64,000 nucleotides of DNA from NCBI GenBank assembly GCA_965112155.1, contig OZ218104.1. One strand, 5' to 3'. Positions within the stretch are counted from its first letter, which is position 1, and each line of letters starts with the position of its first letter. Under the pieces are notes generated by a model. It was given only the letters and a program-made list of their open reading frames with translations. It was not told the origin of the DNA and ran no database searches. The stretch is from Podarcis liolepis. Its lineage: Eukaryota. Both the position numbers and the translations under genes were made by a program. Shown in pieces: positions 35,711 through 45,436 of this stretch.

Positions 35711-36400
35711 GGGCGGGGCTAGGCAGAGTCGAGTGAGGTGCTGCTGCTGCTCTAGGAATGTCGCGCTGACGTGTAAGCGTCTGTAGGCGCGTGCTGAATA
35801 GCCTCCGACACTGAGGTGTGTTGTGGTGTGTTTTTTTTGGCGGGGGGGGCTGCTGCTGGTGAGGGAGCCTGAGGCCTACGTGGTTACCATGGTGAACGCG
35901 AGGCCTGCCGCCCAGACCTCCACCCTGAGGGGGGATGCTGACAGGGTGACGCCCCCTCCCCTTACCTGAGCCTGTCAAGACTACGACGCCCCCGCTCCGC
36001 TGCCCCTCACAACCTCCCCTCCATTCCCAGTCGCGCGGCCTGCGGACCCTTCGCCACCCTCAGCGGGCAACTGAAGAGGACTCTCTCTCCGCGTCCGCCA
36101 TGCACCTCTGGTAAGTGCCGCTCTTAACTGCGTTTCCTGAAAGTAGGGCGGGTGGAGAACGGCGGAGACCGAGGTGGGGCCTCCCGCCTTGTCCGTCCTT
36201 TCCTGTGACAGGCATGGTCAGCGCGGAGGGAAGGGGTCCTGGCTGCCTGGACGGCGCCGAGTGCGCTGCAGTGGGGGGTGGAAGCGACGCAAGGGAGATC
36301 CTGTAACTAGATGACGCTGGAGGCTTTTGGAGCAGCTGGGCTCCACTCAAGAGTGGCGGTTTCCGTCCTGAACAGCGAAATCAAACTTTTGTTGGGGCTG
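34900..36400. promoter_or_regulatory. Bidirectional CpG-island promoter shared by NCDN (-) and KIAA0319L (+), including their non-coding first exons
   Basis: CpG-dense; ETS CCGGAAGT (34992), NRF1-like GCGCATGC (35061), CCAAT boxes (~35376, ~35407, reverse ~35618), GC box GGGGCGGGGC (35710), CRE-like TGACG (35160, 35767). It lies between head-to-head coding exons of the two genes. Confidence 0.88.
35666..35707. repeat. (GA)n microsatellite within the bidirectional promoter
   Basis: Seen directly. Confidence 0.97.
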
Positions 36401-39219
36401 TAGGAAGTGCAGCTTCGGTTTAAATCCTTTAAGCAGAGAGAGAGGGGGGGACCTGCAACCTTACCAGTGCAAAGCAGGTACTCTTGAATTAAAGCCTCTT
36501 CCTGCAAATAGAAATAAAAGTGGCACGGGGAGGGATTTGTGGCCTGAAGATGGACAAAATAGTGCCAATAAGTGGACGAAACAATGCTCAGGCGTTGGCA
36601 AACCGTAGCTTATTTTTGTAGCAAGCCTTTGTAGGTGTGCCAGTGAGTGTGGCAATCTAGTTTTAAGGACCCTCTCCTAGCCCAAACCCTCAGATAACCC
36701 CAGGATGAGCAGCTTGAAGTGAAAAGGACTTGATTCTAGGCTTGGGCAAAGATTTGGTTTGTTGGTCCTCTCCGTACAAAAGTATCAAATTGTCTTCCTG
36801 CAAGTTGTTTGCATTAGGTATTATCTTCCTGCTGAGTTCTCTGGCAGGGTGTGTGTTTTAAATAAATTCTGTAATCTTTTGTTCTTGTATTTTAAAAACT
36901 TCCATGATTCTCCAGAGGAGGAGGAAATCAACCTGATTTATTCTTATTTGTGAGCCTGCTCATGCCCCATAAAATTTTTGGGGGTAGAGATTAGTAACCC
37001 TATGGGTATCAGTGGGATGCATTTTATTTATGTATGTCTTGAGGATGCATACTCTTCATGCTAGTTTGGAAGCTTTTGTGTATATAAATGCTAAGGAATC
37101 CTCCAGTGCTAATTTTGTACCAGTTAATTCTACTTTGAATCTCTTTTCTCTTAGCCCAGTAGTTCCTATACTGTTTACTGGGATTGGTGTGAACCTAAAG
37201 TAGCCACCCAGAAAGGAGATTGTCCATTATATCTCTGCATTTTACTGGTGCTTTGATTTTGCCTCCTTCCAATCAGCTTCAGTTGGAGACAGGTATTTCT
37301 TCATGTTGAGAAAGGATGGGATCATTTCTCATGTAAACACATATCAAAATGACCCACCAAAGCTGTCTGTTGTGTGACTATATGGGTTATTACTCTGGTC
37401 TTGCCATTTTCCCATCTGGAGGCTCATGCAGAACTCTGACTTGCAGACACATAGGAGATGGACATCTAAAGGATGGTAATTTTCATTCTAACTGTGAAAG
37501 TAGAAATTTTGAGATAAAAATGTGGCTCCAGTTTTAATTCTGAGGAAAAAGTCAACCTCAGGTGGCAAAAATTTGGAAAATACTATCTTAGCCTATAAAT
37601 AAATAAATAAAGTTAGGAAGAATTGAGGAACCTGGTTAGCCACAGAAATCTTGTTTTTGTTTTGAAAACACCTCGTGAATTCAAATGTTTCTTCTAATGC
37701 TGTTAAGTACTGTATCTTATCTTTTGCAGCTCTAGTTAATCTGCTTGATCAAGAACATTGTTGCAAAATAGAATATTTAGCTATACAAAGTAGCAAATAT
37801 ATCCAGATTGAGTCAAGTGATCTACAGTGTGTCTAGTAGACTTTTAGACATTGAGTGAAAGTTTTAAAAGCATGCATATAGTGGGAAGAACAGCTTTTAA
37901 TACATGCACTTAAGTTGAATGGTTGAAATCTTATTTGTGTTGGAGAATGGAGAATGAAAGTACCTTAAAAAGTATAAAGAAAGTATTACCGGTATATTCT
38001 ACTGAATATGAATAAGTTGTAAATTCTGTAGGAATGCATTAGATTTTGAAAGCTCACTGAGAAGAAATACCTTGTTAATAAGCTGTTTGAAATGCCATTC
38101 AGTAAGTGCATTTAATAGCCTCTTTGATTTAGCACTGAGTATAGTGGTTTGTGTCAAGGAACCCTTGGGGAGCACATAGTGATATAGAAGGCTGTGCTTA
38201 ATTTGCACTTTTTAGGGGCAGCTAATTAATGTGTGTGTCATTTGTAAATCAGATGGAGGCAAAGCTGTAGCTACTAGGATCCTCATATAATCTTGGAGCC
38301 AAACTATACAATGTGTTAAATGTGTGAAAGCATTTAATGTACGGTACTTGTTTCTTTCCCCCTTTTTTATGCATCGCTGTTAGGGCTTACATGACAAGCT
38401 ACAACTGTCAAAATTCTCTCTTCTACACAACTATTAAAGTTGGAGGAGCCCTGTCCACTTTTTCATCTTGCCACTCCAGTCATGGTCCCAATGAACTTAA
38501 GCTGCTATTTGCTCCAGAAGTGAAGCTGCTTTGGTGTCAATGTCAGCTTTCCTTTGGGGGCAACTTTAATTGAGAAAACAGTGCAGAGTGAAAGGGCTAA
38601 ATTCATGAAGGCATTTAACATACAGTATTGTCTAGTTTGGCACTTTGAAGTGCCAACAGGAAAATGTTTCTTTGGGTTCTTTTTGCAGTTTTATTCCTCT
38701 TTGGCACATTTTTTACCATCACATTACACCCTTTTCTCCATTGTATTGAGAACCAGACACGGAAATAAAATAAACCTAGCTGGATGACTTAGTTAGTCAT
38801 AGCAGAAGCTGGTGTTTAAACTTTCATTCAATGCTCAAAGTTCCTTGGACATTTGTTCACAATTCATAATTGCTATTGCCTACTTCGTCCAATTTTTTTT
38901 GTAAGAACTCCTTATTATAGCAGTTGAATAACCTGCTTCACAGCTTCTTGATTAGAAAGCTATTCATTGTTCTGTGGAAATGGACTTTCAGGCCTGTAGC
39001 TGACAGAATTGAACTTTGAGCTGTTCCTGACTCCTCAAATGGTGTTGTTAAAGACTTGCACAACAGCAGGAATTTAATTTAATTTGTCATCCTGCATAGG
39101 TGTTCAGAGCAAAACATGAGATTAGATGCTACTAATAGGCTGATCTCAGCATCAGCCCAGTGGTACAGAGTGACTGGGCAGGTGGCTGACACAATTTAAT
39201 TGGTGCTAGCCATGCTGGT

Positions 39220-39470
39220 CCTGCCCACCTAACAGTTCGAAGGCACGCAGTACAAGTAGATAAATAGGTACCGCACCGGCGGAAAGGTAAATGGCATTTC
39301 CGTGTGCTGCTCTGGTTCGCCAGAAGCGGCTTAGTCATGTTGGCCACATGACCCGGAAGCTGTCTGCGGACAAACGCCGGCTCCCTTGGCCTATAGAGCA
39401 AGATGAGTTCGCAACCCCAGAGTCGTCCGCGACTGGACCTTAATGGTCAGGGGTACCTTTACCTTTACCT
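39220..39470 (+). mobile_element. Sauria SINE, 5'-truncated, with (ACCTTT)n tail
   Basis: Shares the AAGTAGATAAATAGGTACCGC core with the 63830 copy; ends GGGGTACCTTTACCTTTACCT. Confidence 0.85.
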
Positions 39471-40224
39471 TAGCCATGCTGGATGTAGTGTAAGTCAGGC
39501 TGTCATGCTTCTTCCAGAGTTGCTGGCCCCCAATATAACCTGGAAATATGCCCTTAGAATCCTCTGCAACGTTATGAAGGGGTTTTTAGGCGTATCTTCT
39601 GTTTTTATACAGCATTGCAGAAGGTTGGGCTTTTGCATTGCTTCCTGCATGGCCAATTCCTTCCTTGTGCAATCTGAGGATATCCCTAAGATCCTCTTTG
39701 ATGGAGTTATGTAACATATTTTAGGTCATATGGGAACACCTTCATCTCTCCCTTCCTAGGATGATGCATGGTACTGAGGGAGTCCTAACCCCAGCAGTCA
39801 CTTGAATCTGTTGCTCTGTAGAGTCTTCAGGGCCCACTAGGAGCACAGAAATGTATAGTTTGATATCTGCTGGCCTATTAGTGTTGGTACTGGTGGCATG
39901 GTCCAAATGATGAAGTGTCTTGAGATTGTAATTGCTCCTCCAGGTAATTTGCACAGCTTTTGTTCACATACTGGCTCCCTTGCTTCCCTTTTAGTTCCAG
40001 TTCTTGGATGCATACTGGAGTGGTCTGTGCTAATTAGAATATAGATAAGTAGACGTTGCTATGAGGAATGGGCATTGCTTTGGGGAAGGGATAGATTCAG
40101 GTTACATGAAGAGGTTCTAGTTCCACTGCAGTTCAATTGGCAACTGAACAGTTATCAAATTGAGTGCTCCTGCCCTGGTGGTGACAATTGCCAGGCAAAT
40201 AGGCTTGCACCATAGAGGAGAGTA

Positions 40225-40929
40225 CCGTATTTTTCGCACCATAGGGCGCACCCAGTTTTTAGGGGGGGAAATCAAGAAAAAAATATTTCCCCCCCCAGCC
40301 CCAAAGAGCAGCGTACAGGCTGCACACAACCTCTCCCTGCCAGAGGGGTTGCGCGCAGCTATGGAAGAAGGCAAGGCAGCGAGCGGGATGGATCCCGCTC
40401 GCTGTTTTGGCTTCCCCTTTAGCCCCATGCAGCCTCTACCTCCTGGGAGAGGCTGCATGGGGCTAAAGAATCCATAGCCCTGTGCAGCCTCTCCTTGCCG
40501 GAGGGGTTGCGCGCAGCTATGGAAGAAGGCAAGGCAGAGAGCGGGATCCATCCCGCTCGCTGTTTTGGCTTCCCCTTTAGCCTCGTGCAGCCTCTACCTC
40601 CCGGGAGAGGCTGCGTGGGGCTAAAGAATCCATAGCCCCGTGTAGCCTCTCCTTGCCGGAGGGGTTGCGCACAGCTATGGAAGAAGGCAAGGCAGCGAGT
40701 GGGATGGATCCCGCTCACTGTTTTGGCTTCCCCTTTAGCCCCGTGCAGCCTCTCCTTGCCAGGAGATGCTGCGCAGGGCTAAAGAAGCCATAGCCCCGTG
40801 CAGCCTCTCTCTGCCGGAGGGGTTGCGCGCGGCTATGGCACAAGCCTGCATTCGCGCCATAGGATGCACACACATTTCCCCTCAATTTTTGGAGGGGAAA
40901 AACTGTGTCCAATAGAGTGAAAAATACGG
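40225..40929. mobile_element. Non-autonomous Tc2/pogo-like DNA transposon with an internal 158-bp tandem array
   Basis: TA|CCGTATTTTTCGCACCATAGG ... CAATAGAGTGAAAAATACGG|TA; repeat units start at 40331, 40489, 40647, 40805. Confidence 0.85.
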
Positions 40930-42200
40930 TATGTGCATGTCTTGGGGGGTAGAACAACTCTCACCCTTTGTCATGGTCTGTCTACTTTCAGTTTGTTACC
41001 TGAAATTCAGAGCTCTGGCCTTTTCTTCACTAGGTGTTATGCAAACTCTCTAGAGGTATGAAAAACATAGCCACTTGAGATTTTTATGGGCTTTGTTCTG
41101 TTCATGTGTCTCAGAACCCTTGAGAAGACACAATAAGGAAGGCAAAAAAACCTAACGTATTTGTTGGAGATGATTTTTACACTACACAGAGAATCAGTTC
41201 TGTTCAAATTAAGTGAACCAGTCTAAAGTCACTGGACTTAAAAGGCTGTGATCCTGTCCTCACTTACGTGGAAATAAATCCTGTTGAATTTTTGAGTAAA
41301 GAAGTATAGACCTATTCTGTTAGTTACCTGGTCCTGTACACATTTACTTGGAATTAAATGTCAGTGTGCTCAGTTGGACTTACTCCAAGGTAAGTCCCCA
41401 TCGGATTGCAGCTTTAAATTTATTCTCTATCTGAACATTTGTTTTCTTTCTCTTGGCAGAGCAAAACAGCTCAACAGCTTGTTACACCAATAACACTGGC
41501 TATGTGTCTATCAGAGCAAAGTGAATGGCAGCATGAGAAGCTTCTCATTGGCTGTTTGTGTGGGCTGTGCAGCTCCTGTTCCCCTTTTGTTTTCTTACTG
41601 GTGCCAGGCAGTGCAAATAAGCAATTGCTGATATTAGGTCCACCTGCTCAGCAGCTGGGCTGTATTTATTGGTATTTAACACACCCTAGGTAGAAGTGAC
41701 TGCCACCTCTGCACTGGAGACTTTCAAACAGAGTGTCCAAAAGATCCACCTGTTTAAAATTCATCAGCTCAGCACTGTTTGCTTGGAGTTTGGTTCATTT
41801 TGAATTGAATCCTGGAAGCTGCTACAAATGTGAGCTTGCTTCTGAGCTGTCTGTTCTAATGTGTGAAAGCAGCTGGCCAACAGTAGACAAGTGCCAAGAA
41901 GGCAGCTTTTCAGGTTTGTGTGGGCAACTGCTGTGGATAAATGAGGTTTGCTCTCATCTCATTGTGTTCAAAGGCTAAGGTACAGTTGGGAGAATTTTGT
42001 GATAATTCAGTAACAAACTTTGAGGCTTAATGGTAAACTGTGGCAACTATTTGCTTCTGCTCTGTGTGCTTTATTTTACGTACCCGCATGAGAGATATAA
42101 TTGCTTTGCATAAAGTGGTCTCAATTCATCTTTCCTGAAGGTGAACTGTGTCTCTTGTGTATTTTATATTTAGAGAGTTCTGGGTCTTCCCACAAAGGCC

Positions 42201-42342
42201 ATGGAGAAAAGGTTGGAAGACAATTTCAGCACCAGCTCTGTGAACATATTGGGATACTTATTTAGAAAAGCTGCCAAGTGCCTGGGCCATCTCCATCTTC
42301 TCTACATGTGTGCCTGCCTCAATGCCGCCTGTTCATATGCAG
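42201..42342 (+). CDS. KIAA0319L: KIAA0319-like protein / AAV receptor, first coding exon (MEKRLEDNFSTSSVNILGYLFRKAAKCLGHLHLLYMCACLNAACSYA); exon acceptor at 42174
   Basis: GCC ATG G Kozak; MEKRL start as in KIAA0319L; 142 coding nt ending CAG|gtaata (phase 1). Too short for the ORF track. Confidence 0.88.
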
Positions 42343-42699
42343 GTAATAGTTCACAATTCTCTTTCTGATAATTTTTTTAAAGATTGTGATGGTTGGGGTT
42401 ACCATCAGAGAAGCTTTAGCAGCAAGATTCCTGCACTGAAGAGGGACTAGACTAGAACATGGTGCTTGCGGGGTGTTGCTCAGTCCTATGGAGTCTCTAA
42501 TGTGGGGTTCCTGGGTTCAGTATTATCCCACATGCTTTTAAACATCAGCATTATTATTTCTTTTATGAATTGCTTCCTATGAAGCATCTCAAGGCAATTT
42601 TACAATAAAATAAAGATGTGTAAAACAATTTTACATATAAAATACTTATAAGAATTATATAAAAAAACCAGTTTCTGATACAGCCTGGCATACACCAAC

Positions 42700-43260
42700 C
42701 AATGGCTGGTGCCATCCAGAGTTTTGATGTGTGTTGTCATCTGTATGCTGATGTCACACAACGTTTATATCTCAAGTGGGTGTGGTGGTGCATATGCTGG
42801 ATCAGTGCCTAGTCTTTGTAATGGACTGGATGAGAACCAACAAACTGAAGCTTAATCCAGATAAAACACAGGCACTATTGGTACTATTATTTGGACAGAT
42901 GGAATGCATCCTGTTCTAGATGGGGTCACACTTCCCTTGAGGAGCTGGTTCACAGCCTGAGGTACTCCTGGATCCAACATTGTTACTGTTGTCACAACTA
43001 GTAACAGTGACAAGTGCTGATTTTGATCTTGTACTTCTCGAGACCTCTATACTTAAAGGACCATCTCTCCACATATGAACCCTGAGATGAAGCCCTTCTT
43101 TGTGTGCTTTCCTCCAAGGGAGGTCCAGAGAGTGGTGATGAGAGAATGGACCTGTTCTGTAATAGCTTCCCACTTATGGAATTCTCCTACTAGGGAGGCA
43201 ACCTGGTACCAAATTTGTCTAATTTCAGTGGCAGTCAAATCTGTTTTCATTTTCCTGTGC
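42700..43260 (+). mobile_element. Degraded L2-type LINE fragments (RT C-terminal part)
   Basis: HLYADV.Q (YADD-like), WM..NKLKLNPDKT and SVIASHLWNSP motifs with frameshifts and deletions. Confidence 0.7.
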
Positions 43261-44555
43261 CTTTGGACAGCAGCAGCAATTGAATGTGGTTTTTTTTTTA
43301 TTCTGGCTACACTTTTATTTTATTTTATTTCAAAAAAAAAAAATTGATTTTCCAGAAATGTTTAAACAAACAAAAAAATAAACATAAATGATAACCTTAT
43401 TTAAACCGATCTTATTGACATTGTTAATTATGTTTATTACTACATTTTGTATTTTGCTCTAAATTACATTGGGACTTTGTGAGAAGCAATTCATAGATGT
43501 AATAAACTAAACTAAAATAACTAAGAACATTTGAAACAGATGAAAGCAGGAAAGTGTAGTGGAGTAGTTTAAGGCCTCTCAAAGAGTAACTTATTTCACA
43601 GATTTCTTCTATCTTACAGTAATTCCCCACTGCCTCTTGCCGCTTGAAAAGTTCTTTAAAAATAAGCCTTCCAGCTGGCAAACTTGTAACATTTACTCTT
43701 TTTTCAGAGAATAGAGGGATCACTTATACTGACTCAGTTGCATTTGATCTCAGTGGGTTAGTACTATAGTTAGCAAAATCTCTGCCTTCTGGACAGGGCT
43801 GCTGCTGTAATCTCCATAATTATCCTATGCTTTCTCTGACGTTCGGCAATTGGGAAATTTGATTAAGCTGATGTGCAGTAAGTGAACCATTAATCTCCAG
43901 CTTGTCACACAAAGTTGATTTAAAATTCATGGTTTATTATCTTTTTAGTTGTAGAGAGTAAGTAGTAATCATTACATGTTTTAAGTTAGAATGGATCTGC
44001 TTCTTTTTTCTTTTTTCTTCTTTTGAGATTAGTTTCCTGTTTCCTGAGCCTACTGGAGTCGTGTTTCAAAAACCACTGGCTTTTTTTGTCTTTTTAACCA
44101 TAGCTATGATAATTTGTGTTGGTGGGTGGGGGCACTTTGAGGCTTCTATGGTGGAAGGTCTTGTGGCCTTGTTTGAATGTAATTCTTTACAAACCTACAT
44201 TTTGCCATTGAAATGCCTACTTCAGTGCATTCTGTTCCCACTTTTATACACACAACAAAATGAGTCCCAAAGGTTTAGTAGTAGGATGATTTGGACATTT
44301 TTAAAATAACTTACGGAATTGCTTTATTAGAATTTAGAATTATTGTTCCAGCGTACTAAACTGTCACAGTCTGTCTCTTCTTAACTCCCACCTTCATAAT
44401 GAATATTCACATACTTGAAGAATGAAATTCTTCTTTGTTCCATACAGCTTTCTATTCAGTAGAAAGTGGATATTGTCTAGCTGTTACAATGCTATTTTTA
44501 AAAAGCCACCATTGTTTTCAAACAACAATGTAATTGCAAATTGTTGCAGTGAAAT

Positions 44556-44557
44556 TT

Positions 44558-44607
<50 letters not shown>
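44556..44607. repeat. (TTTC)n microsatellite
   Basis: Seen directly. Confidence 0.97.
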
Positions 44608-44608
<1 letters not shown>

Positions 44609-44863
44609 CCCTGTCAGAGTTAGTTACAATCTCTTGAGAGAGAAAGATTCATGAATGTGGCAAAACTGCATTTTCTTGATTGATTGATTTTATTCTAAAC
44701 TGGAGGCAACATAAGGCTAATATAACGTGCTGTGGTAAATCTGAAGTCAGCAACTGGTTCACTTCTGAGAGCTACATGTGAACATCAAAGATCTGTAACT
44801 GACTTCATTATTTTAAGCCTGTAATAAACGTAAGGTCAATAGTGTAGGCTACAATCTGTGTTG

Positions 44864-45178
44864 CTGTTGTTGTTGTTTAGTCGTTTAGTCATGTCCGACT
44901 CTTCGTGATCCCATGGACCAGAGCACACCAGGCACTCCTGTCTTCCACTGCCTCCCACAGTTTGGTCAGACTCATGTTCGAGAACACTGTCCAACCATCT
45001 CATCCTCTGTCGTCCCCTTCTCCTTGTGCCCTCCATCTTTCCCAACATCAGGGTCTTTTCCAGGGAGTCTTCTCATGAGGTGGCCAAAGTATTGGAGCCT
45101 CAGATTCAGGATCTGTCCTTCCAGTGAGCACTCAGGGCTAATTTCCTTAAGAAGGATAGGTTTGATCTTCTTGCAGTC
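44864..45178 (-). mobile_element. BovB/RTE LINE 3' fragment
   Basis: Minus-strand peptide MLGKMEGTRRRGRQRMRWLDSV (RTE-BovB ORF C-terminus) and (CAA)n tail. Confidence 0.88.
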
Positions 45179-45301
45179 TGTGTTATTACATGTAATAAAA
45201 ATAATGCTTAAACAGCATTTTTATGTGCTCAAAGTACTGCTTATGGTCATATTTGCAGCAACCTGATAAGGTTAGCCTAGTATTGTATTACTCTAATACA
45301 A

Positions 45302-45436
45302 TAGGTTTCCTCAACTCGGCCCTCCAAATGTTTTTGGCCTACAACTCCCATGATCCCTAGCTAGCAGGACCAGTGGTCAGGGATGATGGGGATTGTAGTC
45401 TCAAAACATCTGGAGGGCCGAGTTTGAGGAAGCCTG
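45302..45436. mobile_element. Palindromic hAT-type MITE (CTACAACTCCCAT family); related copies near 12190-12318, 17903-17990, 18985-19080, 32700-32800, 61440-61555
   Basis: Long inverted arms GGCCCTCCAAATGTTTT/AAAACATCTGGAGGGCC and CTACAACTCCCATGATCCCT/AGGGATGATGGGGATTGTAG. Confidence 0.75.

Noticed and set aside
40331-40840. CRISPR-like array or retrozyme
   Set aside because: Units are contiguous with no unique spacers, the context is eukaryotic, and no CTGANGA/GAAA hammerhead core was seen; it is bounded by DNA-transposon TIRs.
42225-42242. REST/RE1 site for the neuronal gene NCDN
   Set aside because: Only the left half TTCAGCACC is present, and it lies in KIAA0319L coding sequence.
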